Shown here one piece after another: positions 18,138 to 26,596 of a stretch of DNA of 64,000 bases. Both the position numbers and the translations under genes were made by a program. Below the pieces are notes generated by a model. That model was given only the letters and a program-made list of their open reading frames with translations, had not been told where the DNA came from and searched no databases. The DNA comes from a virus. Within the stretch, counting starts at the first letter, position 1, and each line of letters starts with the position of its first letter. Location of the stretch: positions 43,282 through 107,281 of the IMG/VR virus record IMGVR_UViG_3300010413_000020; one strand, 5' to 3'.

Positions 18138-19181
18138 TTAAACGTTGGCTTCGTCGTCTGGGGCATCTCCCATATCACCGTAATCAGGACCACCTTTTGC
18201 GTCGTCCTCGGTGATAAGGCCTGCCGAACCTCCGCCGTCACCTTCGTTTTTGGGACCACCATTATCATCCAGAGCTTCTTTAGCTTGGCGATAAACAGAG
18301 GCTATTCCCGGAATTACATGAGTATATTCCAGCATGGAACACATTAGATCACAGAAAGGATGCAGTTCTTCAGGAACAAGTTCTTCCTCGGGCTCAACTA
18401 CCATCACATACCATCTTCGATTTCTGTCGGCAGTGTTAGTCTTGGCTTCTGCAGTTATGCGGTACCATTTAGCCCAGTTATCTGTAGAACGTTTAACAAA
18501 TTTCAACAATTGCTTTCCTGCAGGTTCCGAAGTTTTCTGGAAACGCACTAGGACTATATCTTCCAGATTTTTGGAAAGCATGAATGCAACAACATCGTTT
18601 GCACACTTTTGTTTTTGTCCGTCTTTCCAAGGACGATGAGGACAACTTTCGCATTCACCATAAGTCGAACCCATTTTCCTATCCATGCTGTTGCAAATGG
18701 GCATGCGCACGCTATCACCGGCATCTGCATCTCCCCACATAGTTCGACCCGCCCAAAGTGCAACAACCGTACCTTCAAATTCGGGTCCAACATTTTCTTT
18801 TGTTGTTAGATAATAATGGCCAGGTATTTGATTTTCAGGACGATTCGGGTCATTTCCTGTTCCGTGATAAATACGCAATTCAGGAAAGTCCGGACGTCCA
18901 TCGGCATCGTAAACGCCTTTTCGTTTACCGGAAGCCCTTCTAATGATTTCGCTGATTCCATCCGCCATTTCATCGGGGAGATCATCTAAAACTTTTTGGA
19001 GGTCATGTGATGTTGGGAGAGCTGACGCTACACGTTCAACATCTTTAGCATAACGTTCCATAAAAAGTTCATTGTTGTATCCCAGCGTAGCTGCAAGAGA
19101 TGTTTCTTCGGGTTTATCTAATGCAGTTTCAGTGGATGTAGTTGTTTCTTCCGTATTGGATTTCTCTTTCTTTTGTCCCAT
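18138..19181 (-). CDS. Putative ssDNA-binding/recombination protein
   Basis: 347 aa inside the replication cluster; very acidic C-terminal tail; Cys cluster CNS..CESCP..C; GGAGG RBS. Confidence 0.45.
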   Translation of the reverse strand: MGQKKEKSNTEETTTSTETALDKPEETSLAATLGYNNELFMERYAKDVERVASALPTSHDLQKVLDDLPDEMADGISEIIRRASGKRKGVYDADGRPDFPELRIYHGTGNDPNRPENQIPGHYYLTTKENVGPEFEGTVVALWAGRTMWGDADAGDSVRMPICNSMDRKMGSTYGECESCPHRPWKDGQKQKCANDVVAFMLSKNLEDIVLVRFQKTSEPAGKQLLKFVKRSTDNWAKWYRITAEAKTNTADRNRRWYVMVVEPEEELVPEELHPFCDLMCSMLEYTHVIPGIASVYRQAKEALDDNGGPKNEGDGGGSAGLITEDDAKGGPDYGDMGDAPDDEANV

Positions 19182-19289
19182 AAAAGCCTCCTTTATTGTG
19201 TGGGTTTGGGGGGCAAGAGGAAATACTACGTCAAACTACTTGCGTTGTCCATGATTTTTATTTAAATGTAATATTAAAGGAGATTTACA

Positions 19290-20306
19290 ATGCAGGATTA
19301 TTTTACCGATAAAATTTACCAACTCTATTATGATGAAGTTGGAAAACATCCAATCCTATCACCTACCGAAGAACGGGACTTATTACTTCGCTATCACAAT
19401 TGTTCAGGTTGCAAACGGCGATTACCTTCCCGTATTGCAGTTAAGAACTGCCCCGCTTGCGGTACTGTTGTACCTTCCCATATTTCTGGCAAAGATTACA
19501 CCTGCGAAAATTGTGACCACAAGTTTGATACCCATATGGCTCCGCGAATATGCCCATATTGTGGATCTCCTAGAGATTTGGAGGCTCGACAAAAGCTTGT
19601 CGAATCTAATCTCCGTTTTGTCATTCGACGTGCCAAGAGTATCACAACTAAACCAGAACACTTAAGAAAGTTAGTATCTGCGGGCAATGTAGGATTAATG
19701 CTTGCAATAGATAAATTCAGTCTTGAACGTCAGACGCGATTTTTGACTTATGCTGAATGGTGGATACGTAAAGAAATGTTTGATGAAATACATTCATCTA
19801 GTTTCATTCACGTACCCACACATCGTCAAAAATCATTACGCCGAGAACAGAAAGAAGGAAAATACATTTGTAAACATTGTGGCCTACGTACTGATGATCC
19901 TGACTCACGAGAACATTGGACAGGTTGTACTGACATAGACCATGAATTTATTCTTCCATTAAATAATGATTCAGCGGTTTTAAATGATGCAGTTTCATTA
20001 GACGATGTTACCTTAGTTGATACTTCCAATGTAGAAAATCTTGCAATTGATTCTGACGCACAAGAACATTTACATGCGGCAATACAGGACATGACATTAA
20101 GTGAGCGTGATCGATTTATTATCATGGGATACTTTAATGTACCACTTCCTGATAGAAAATCGGAACCTAAAAGCTTACATCAATTAGCTGCATTGACTGG
20201 AATTACTCCAGAACGCGTCCGTCAAATCAAAGAAGAAACACTGAAAGTATTGCGAAAAGAATTAAAAAGGCGGGCAATAGAGGGGGTGGATGAAGTTTGT
20301 ATTTAA
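19290..20306 (+). CDS. Sigma-70-family sigma factor with zinc-ribbon insertions
   Basis: Region 1.2 HPILSPTEE; region 2 LVESNLRFV, GNVGLMLAIDKF, FLTYAEWWIR; region 4 TGITPERVRQI; five CxxC motifs. Confidence 0.9.
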   Translation: MQDYFTDKIYQLYYDEVGKHPILSPTEERDLLLRYHNCSGCKRRLPSRIAVKNCPACGTVVPSHISGKDYTCENCDHKFDTHMAPRICPYCGSPRDLEARQKLVESNLRFVIRRAKSITTKPEHLRKLVSAGNVGLMLAIDKFSLERQTRFLTYAEWWIRKEMFDEIHSSSFIHVPTHRQKSLRREQKEGKYICKHCGLRTDDPDSREHWTGCTDIDHEFILPLNNDSAVLNDAVSLDDVTLVDTSNVENLAIDSDAQEHLHAAIQDMTLSERDRFIIMGYFNVPLPDRKSEPKSLHQLAALTGITPERVRQIKEETLKVLRKELKRRAIEGVDEVCI

Positions 20307-21233
20307 CTACTCTTCGACAATAAGGCCGGATGCAATCTCGAAACCTTCGAGAACACCTTGATAGAATTCCCGCTTACGTGAGCTGCTGGTATTTTGAAGT
20401 TTTTCTCCATAATATTCCATCCACTCTAACGCCTTATCTTTGGAAATCATCTTAACCAGTTTTCGAACGTCTGGGTCAGCATAGTCAGTAATTTGAATTT
20501 TTGGTCCTGGTTTCTTTTTACTACCGCCGCCAGCTTTGGCTTCTTTCTTCTTACCTTTCTCTGCACTTCCTTTGCTGGCTCCTCCGGCGGTAGGTTTCGG
20601 TGCTGCTTTAGCTTTCCGGTCTACGAAGATATCTATTTTGTCTCCGATGTCTTGGGCAGTCATACCCTGTAGGGCGTATTCCACCATTTTATCGTAGAAG
20701 ACTTTATCCTCTTCGTAGTCCAAACGCGCAAAGTGGCGCACCATGGACAGAGGGATTTTACCGAGCTTCAACGCATTCTGTAATTTCTTGTGAATGCGTT
20801 GTGCCGCTAAGTGTTGGCTTACATAACCTTCGCTAACACCACACCCGTTGGCGATTTCTTTGACGGTTATCTTATTATCCACACACTTTTGAAACCCGCA
20901 AGAAATTTCCCAAGGGTTATTGTCCTCTCGAGCCAGATTGGCGATTAGGGATGTGAGAAATGCATCGCTATCATCTTTCTCCTCTGAGTAGGAGATAATA
21001 GCTTCTTTAACTCCCGCCTCTTGTAACGCAGCGTACCTGCGGCGACCATCAACGAGAATGACCTTGTTTGCATCTGTTGGATGGTTACGCACCGTTATTG
21101 CGACTTTTTGTCCTTTGGTTTTGATAGAAGAGACTAAGCCCTTGATGTCCCCAAGTTTCTCTCGGTTCCAATCCTCGGGCAACACAATGTTCTTGAGATC
21201 GATTGTTAGATTCTTGCTTTTTACTTCCGCCAT
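20307..21233 (-). CDS. ParB/Spo0J-like protein
   Basis: LVDGRRRYAA, ANLAREDNNP, HTH VKEIANGCGVSEGYVSQ, Lys-rich linker. Confidence 0.8.
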   Translation of the reverse strand: MAEVKSKNLTIDLKNIVLPEDWNREKLGDIKGLVSSIKTKGQKVAITVRNHPTDANKVILVDGRRRYAALQEAGVKEAIISYSEEKDDSDAFLTSLIANLAREDNNPWEISCGFQKCVDNKITVKEIANGCGVSEGYVSQHLAAQRIHKKLQNALKLGKIPLSMVRHFARLDYEEDKVFYDKMVEYALQGMTAQDIGDKIDIFVDRKAKAAPKPTAGGASKGSAEKGKKKEAKAGGGSKKKPGPKIQITDYADPDVRKLVKMISKDKALEWMEYYGEKLQNTSSSRKREFYQGVLEGFEIASGLIVEE

Positions 21234-21244
21234 AGGGTTTCCTT

Positions 21245-21556
21245 TCAGCTCATTTCTTCGTATTCACGAAGAAACTTTTCTTTGTTAATACGATGCAGAC
21301 TCAACTCTTCGGGTCTAGCACCTTCGAGAACTTCTCCATAAACATGAAATAATTCTGTGGTTAAGGGGATAATACTCTCTTCGTTGTTGTAAACCATAAT
21401 GTAGAGCGTACGCATTATACGCACTTTTTCTTCATCTGTAGTAGCTTCGCGTAAACGAGAGTTTACTCGTCTTCGAAGGGTTTTGTGCCGCACTGCGGAC
21501 AAATCGCTACTCCTGTTTCTTCTTGTGCTTGAAGTGGTGTTTTGCAATTCGGGCAC
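21245..21556 (-). CDS. Hypothetical protein (start uncertain)
   Basis: 103-aa ORF whose 5' part overlaps the zinc-ribbon ORF at 21463-21621. Confidence 0.5.
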   Translation of the reverse strand: MPELQNTTSSTRRNRSSDLSAVRHKTLRRRVNSRLREATTDEEKVRIMRTLYIMVYNNEESIIPLTTELFHVYGEVLEGARPEELSLHRINKEKFLREYEEMS

Positions 21557-21621
21557 TTTCCTGTCTCCTTTGCTTCAGCTACCTTTTCTTCTGTGTTTTC
21601 AACAACGCCATATTTTTCCAT
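21463..21621 (-). CDS. Small zinc-ribbon protein (52 aa, not in the ORF track)
   Basis: MEKYGVVENTEEKVAEAKETGKCPNCKTPLQAQEETGVAICPQCGTKPFEDE; strong GGAGGTG RBS. Confidence 0.75.
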   Translation of the reverse strand: MEKYGVVENTEEKVAEAKETGKCPNCKTPLQAQEETGVAICPQCGTKPFEDE

Positions 21622-21623
21622 TT

Positions 21624-22031
21624 TTACTGTTCACCTCCTTCACTGGTCTCTGCGCCCTTTTTACTCCCTTTATCTTTTTTATTATTCTTTTTCTTGGGTT
21701 GTGCAACTGGTCGAGGATTCTCCATGAAAATTTCTTTCATGAGAACTTCAACTCGTGCTTTGCACCCTTTACGTTTGGCTTCAGGATTATCACAGAGTTC
21801 ATTTAACATGCGAACTCTAAAATCCCCTTTATTCACTTGTTGAATGAGAACAAAATCGGGGGCCAAATCATGCATTTCCATCAGGAGATTAGCTAGATTT
21901 GTTTTTAGTGAATCTTGCGCGGTTTCTCGTTCTTTGTTAACCGCCTCCATTTCCTGTGCTTGCTCGAGAGAGACACGCACTTCTTCTTTTTTGAGACATC
22001 TACTGCATTGGGTTTCGACTGTTACTTCCAT
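21624..22031 (-). CDS. Hypothetical protein
   Basis: 135-aa ORF, GAGGAG RBS, CSRC and C..C motifs, Lys-rich tail. Confidence 0.7.
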   Translation of the reverse strand: MEVTVETQCSRCLKKEEVRVSLEQAQEMEAVNKERETAQDSLKTNLANLLMEMHDLAPDFVLIQQVNKGDFRVRMLNELCDNPEAKRKGCKARVEVLMKEIFMENPRPVAQPKKKNNKKDKGSKKGAETSEGGEQ

Positions 22032-22046
22032 TACTCACTCCTCTTT

Positions 22047-23234
22047 CTATTTTTGAAGTCTTTGGCAGGTAGCAGGACCTGCGATTCCATCTACTTTGAT
22101 TAGGTCAGAAGGATGCGTTTTATTCCAGTCTCTTTGGAACGAAGTTATGGCTTGGCGCGTCTGTGGCCCCATCTTTCCATCAACCTTTACATTGTAACCT
22201 TTTCGCGCCAATGCTTGTTGTACATCATCGGTATCAAAGAACCCGTCATCCTCAGCGTCAACATCATCATCGTGTGTGGGTGTTAAATTACCGTATTCAG
22301 GATTATTCGATTCATCGTGGGTATCCCAGCCATCTACTTCGTCCCAAATCGTACCTTCTTCATCAAGGAAATCTTCATATTGTTGGATGAAATCCATTTC
22401 AGGAAGGGGATCAAGAGAAAACATAGCTTCGTTAATATCATCGAAAGGCCAAATAGGACCCATGTCTGTCTTACCCCCACGCCAGTCACTGTGTTGACTC
22501 ATGCGCTCGGGAGCTAATCGCTCTCCAAGCGCTGCCAAAGAGACTCGCTTGAGGGTAAGGTTATTTAGAAGCTGTTCCTTTGTAAAAGGTTGCATTACTT
22601 TAACTCCCCTATATGCCTTATCCAGCATAACGGGTGGGAGTTCTTGTACCAGCGTAAGGGGTAATTGTTTGGCCCAATAATGCCAATTATCTCCTTCTCG
22701 GTGTAGCGCCCCGGCATTTACCATTTCGATGCTTATGGAATCTTTATTCCTGCGAGGTTCATGCCAAGCGCCATGCATTAATGGGATGATATAGAACGGA
22801 AGGTCATGGTACCCACATACGAAATGTGTGCTGGCACCATTGAATTTTTTCTTTCCATCTTTTCCTGTTTTGGTTTTATTTGCGCTAAACCAATTCAGAG
22901 TAGACCATTTTGAAATGCCTGCTGTAAAATGATCCGTCCACCAAAGATTTTCAAGTTTAGCTAACCTATTTTTAGTTAACTGTTTTGTAGGATAAAATTG
23001 CGCGAGGGATTTACTATGGTCCAAAATTCGTGCATGTGAATGAATAAACAGACAATTAAGAAGAAGAAATGCCTCGCTTTGAGTTAATTCTTCTTCTTGT
23101 GCTTTGGGCCAATACTCGTCGCAAATATCTTTAGCAGCGTCTCGGGCATCATTTACATATTCCCAAAACTTTTTATCTGACATTACGGTGAAGTCTTCGA
23201 GTTTTTTGAATAGCGCTTTGTCTATATCTTTCAT
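22047..23234 (-). CDS. Endolysin: N-acetylmuramoyl-L-alanine amidase with C-terminal peptidoglycan-binding domain
   Basis: DHFTAG, ASTHF, AWH, SISIEMVN, QHSD..KTDMG (Amidase_2); VQQAL..VDGKMGPQTRQAITSFQ and DGIAGPAT (PG-binding). Confidence 0.85.
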   Translation of the reverse strand: MKDIDKALFKKLEDFTVMSDKKFWEYVNDARDAAKDICDEYWPKAQEEELTQSEAFLLLNCLFIHSHARILDHSKSLAQFYPTKQLTKNRLAKLENLWWTDHFTAGISKWSTLNWFSANKTKTGKDGKKKFNGASTHFVCGYHDLPFYIIPLMHGAWHEPRRNKDSISIEMVNAGALHREGDNWHYWAKQLPLTLVQELPPVMLDKAYRGVKVMQPFTKEQLLNNLTLKRVSLAALGERLAPERMSQHSDWRGGKTDMGPIWPFDDINEAMFSLDPLPEMDFIQQYEDFLDEEGTIWDEVDGWDTHDESNNPEYGNLTPTHDDDVDAEDDGFFDTDDVQQALARKGYNVKVDGKMGPQTRQAITSFQRDWNKTHPSDLIKVDGIAGPATCQRLQK

Positions 23235-24097
23235 CTTGGTCCTCTACATTTCTGGTAATATCCGCAAAACTTTTCTGTGCACCCCCAAGAGGTTGGGTCG
23301 CACCGCGGAAAAATTCCCTTTTTGATGAGTTCCACTACTTCCACTAGGTCCTCAATCAGCACTTTCTTTTCGTTAACGCTTCTTAATGCCCTTTTAGCTT
23401 CATAACGGGAACCACTCTTCTGGTCAAGCAGGAAATCTACTCTTACTCGTTCTGTATTTTCAGCCAGAGCATAAAACGTGAGTTGTGGTTCTGTGTTTAA
23501 TTTTTGTGGAGGCCACAACCGTGTTGTGGTTTTCAAATCCGATACAACTTCTACAAGTGGCGGCGGCTTTTGTGGGTCATCCTTAAGTTCATATTCTCCG
23601 GGGACTTGATCAATAAGGTCAATAACTCCACGAACCGGAACTCCACCTAATTTGAGTGCAAAAGTCTTTTCGGCAGCCAGTGGGCGTATAAGCGGAACTG
23701 CTTGTTTGTAGTATACCCGGAAGTTAGCAATAGCACTCTGTTTAACTGAACCCTCTTCCGCGTCTTCCCAATCCTCAATTGTCTCCTTCTGGTGGTCAAA
23801 GGTATCAACTACTGCTTGAGTTGCCTCTTCCAGACTCAAAGGTTTTCCGGTTTTGATAGTATTTTTATGTACAACTTCTGCGCCTTTGTGTATCGCAGTA
23901 CCCTTAATCATTGCAACCGCAGGAGGTTTAATGAGTTCGAGAATATATCTGTAATAAAACTGCTTAGCACAGCGTCGATACATATTAAATTGCGAGGGGG
24001 AAATTACACCTTTAGGAATGTCATCATCAAAGAAATCTGGAGGATATTCAAAAACTAGTTTTTCGTCGGATTCTGTGGGTTTATCGTACTCATCCAT
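23231..24097 (-). CDS. Second Cas4/RecB-like PD-(D/E)xK nuclease
   Basis: SPSQFNMYRRC, GTAIH, GVIDL, DLKT, QLTFY, C-terminal C..C..C..C. Confidence 0.85.
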   Translation of the reverse strand: MDEYDKPTESDEKLVFEYPPDFFDDDIPKGVISPSQFNMYRRCAKQFYYRYILELIKPPAVAMIKGTAIHKGAEVVHKNTIKTGKPLSLEEATQAVVDTFDHQKETIEDWEDAEEGSVKQSAIANFRVYYKQAVPLIRPLAAEKTFALKLGGVPVRGVIDLIDQVPGEYELKDDPQKPPPLVEVVSDLKTTTRLWPPQKLNTEPQLTFYALAENTERVRVDFLLDQKSGSRYEAKRALRSVNEKKVLIEDLVEVVELIKKGIFPRCDPTSWGCTEKFCGYYQKCRGPR

Positions 24098-24099
24098 CG

Positions 24100-24510
24100 T
24101 TATCTACTCCTAGTTAGAGCACGAAGCTCTTTTTCCGAAATGGGAGGGGGCTCCTCCGTTTCTTCTGGGCCTAAAGGTCGGGTTAGCGGAGGGGTTCCTA
24201 CAGTGCGAGAATTATCTTGTCTAAGCATTTGGCTCGCATTAAGAACCTGCTCCATTGTCATGACTGCCGCAACCTCTGGAGAACTTTCTTCTTCAGGAAG
24301 GTCATCTAATAACTCTTCTGCTACATTTTCTTGGACATCTTCTGAGTCATCCGGAGGAGCTGCGCCTCGAGCAATTTCATCAACAGGAACACGTTTAATG
24401 CTGACTTCGAAAGGGTCGGGATTGACCGTCAAGTCGTCATCATCGATTTCGTATCCCAGTGATTTGCTTAATATGCGCAACAAGTCCGCACGTTCTAGAG
24501 TGATACGCAT
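24100..24510 (-). CDS. Hypothetical acidic protein
   Basis: 136-aa ORF with AGGAGA RBS. Confidence 0.65.
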   Translation of the reverse strand: MRITLERADLLRILSKSLGYEIDDDDLTVNPDPFEVSIKRVPVDEIARGAAPPDDSEDVQENVAEELLDDLPEEESSPEVAAVMTMEQVLNASQMLRQDNSRTVGTPPLTRPLGPEETEEPPPISEKELRALTRSR

Positions 24511-24519
24511 GTCTTCTCC

Positions 24520-26544
24520 TTAAACCGTTCGAACACTGGCTATTTTGCGAGAAGCCTTAGTGCTTAAAACACACGTGTCCGACCAGGGGTTTGTGCCGTC
24601 TTCCACACAGCGGCAGTATTCTCTACAAAGAGTGCAGTTAATTTTTTCTGTAAGAAGTTGTGAGACATCCTTTTTATTCTTTAACGCAATTAGCTGCTGA
24701 ATTTCAAGTGTTTTTGCTGCACAAATATCATAAACAACCGTTTTCTGATTCTGCCCAATTCTAAAAGCACGACCTAGAGACTGGTCACGATCATCCGCTT
24801 TCCAAGAACGACTGTAATAAATTGTGTATTTAGCCGCTGTTAGGGTTATGGCAATACCCGTACTAATTTGGCCTAAATAAAGGCGGCACTGACCGTCTTT
24901 CTGAAACCGCTCTTCCATCTGTTTTATCTTGTGGGTTGTGCTGCCGTCTACTCGTACGTATCCCCAATTGTTCTTTTTGAACAGTGTCTCTATATCGTCA
25001 AGCTCTGCAGTATAGTTGGCCCACACAATGGATTTAGCAGAAGGCACTATTCCTTCCAGTAAACTTTCGAGTGCTTGTAATTTTGGATTGGGCGAGTAAC
25101 GAAGTTCTTCTTTAGCCGTTTTGTCGATTAGGTGTCGAAGGTCACATTGGGAGTTTCCTGGTTGTATTCTTCGGCTTACGCAATACTCTACTTTATCGCA
25201 CGTATTACAAATCCCGGTGTCTTGGGGAACATAAATAAAGCCACTACAAAGTTGAAGTAATTTGTTTACCCGAATAGCGCCATTTTGAATCTCTAAAGCG
25301 GGGGCATCTGGGCGTTCAATTGCCCACTCCTTTACAACGTAATTATAATCTCGGCGCTGTGCGGGGGAGAGTTCAAATTCAATCGATTCAAACCGGCGTT
25401 CGGGTAAGTCAACACATTCTTCTAACTTCTTTTGACTGGATATCTCAGCTACACGTTTATTAAGCACGTGCAGATTTTTAAAACCTACAACAATGTGGTC
25501 ATTGTGCGGCGACATAACCAAAAAAGTGGACTTGAATGTCGTGAAGTTCTCTGGCGTCACATAGGGTGCCAGGAACTTCAATTGCGGGTAGAGATCTCGT
25601 GGGTCTCCCTGCGATAAAGTGCCTGTGAGAAGATACCTTCTGGTAGCTTTTCTTGAAAGTTGTAAACAAACTTTTGTACGGGCACTTTGGATACGCTTAA
25701 CTTTGTGAGATTCGTCTCCCACTATTGTGATATATGGAAAATCTGAAAGCCACTGGGGCTCTCCTCTTATTTTAGACTGCAAATATTTTGCAATTTCTTG
25801 TGGAGTAGCACGGTTTGCCACCCATTCTTGAACACAATGGATTTGTTCTTTTTCATCATTTATTGACTTAAGAATTTTTATGAACTTAGGATTAGGAACA
25901 CGATTATATTGTCTGAGAAACTCTATCACTTTGGGAAATAATTTAGGAATACCATATATCCTAGCAGTGTCATAAGAAGAAATTAAAACGTCGTAATCTT
26001 TAGACTCAGCCAATTGTTTTAATTTTGAAGCTCGAGATCCGGTTAATCGTGTGGCTGAGAGCAAACCTCCAGAGTGCAACTTGATTTCTTTTACCCAATT
26101 ATGTGTCGCAATTCGCGGACACAGAATTAATACCTTCCCTTCAAACTCTGGGATAGCGTCGATTATGACTTTACTTTTACCGGTACCCATTTCCCAGTTG
26201 AGAATCCATCGATAATTTTGAACCACTTCGGCGTATCCTTCTAGCTGGTGACTAAATGAGGGAGTAACGAAGTTACGCTGTTGTGCCTGTGCTAAAAGTT
26301 CACTATGACTTTTAAGGCTATTTACCCAGTTTTGGGCATTTTCGGTTAACGTAATGCTTTTATGGACTTTTGTAAGGTCATGTAGTACGTTTTCTATAAA
26401 AGGAGGAAACGCTGGAAAGAGATAGCGTTCGTTTTTGATGTCTTCGGTTGCACCATATACACGTGACCACCGTGAATCAAAACACGTAGGGTCATTCATT
26501 TGGAACACTGGGGTATGATTTATGAAGTCAAGTCCGATTTTCAT
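24520..26544 (-). CDS. SNF2-like superfamily 2 helicase
   Basis: EMGTGKS, DESH, LTGT, AITLTAA, QSLGRAFRIGQ; Cys-rich insertion and C-terminus. Confidence 0.88.
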   Translation of the reverse strand: MKIGLDFINHTPVFQMNDPTCFDSRWSRVYGATEDIKNERYLFPAFPPFIENVLHDLTKVHKSITLTENAQNWVNSLKSHSELLAQAQQRNFVTPSFSHQLEGYAEVVQNYRWILNWEMGTGKSKVIIDAIPEFEGKVLILCPRIATHNWVKEIKLHSGGLLSATRLTGSRASKLKQLAESKDYDVLISSYDTARIYGIPKLFPKVIEFLRQYNRVPNPKFIKILKSINDEKEQIHCVQEWVANRATPQEIAKYLQSKIRGEPQWLSDFPYITIVGDESHKVKRIQSARTKVCLQLSRKATRRYLLTGTLSQGDPRDLYPQLKFLAPYVTPENFTTFKSTFLVMSPHNDHIVVGFKNLHVLNKRVAEISSQKKLEECVDLPERRFESIEFELSPAQRRDYNYVVKEWAIERPDAPALEIQNGAIRVNKLLQLCSGFIYVPQDTGICNTCDKVEYCVSRRIQPGNSQCDLRHLIDKTAKEELRYSPNPKLQALESLLEGIVPSAKSIVWANYTAELDDIETLFKKNNWGYVRVDGSTTHKIKQMEERFQKDGQCRLYLGQISTGIAITLTAAKYTIYYSRSWKADDRDQSLGRAFRIGQNQKTVVYDICAAKTLEIQQLIALKNKKDVSQLLTEKINCTLCREYCRCVEDGTNPWSDTCVLSTKASRKIASVRTV

Positions 26545-26596
26545 AACGTCCTCCTTATCGTATTATTGAGTTGTCTAACAACTCAAGGAGAGCAGC

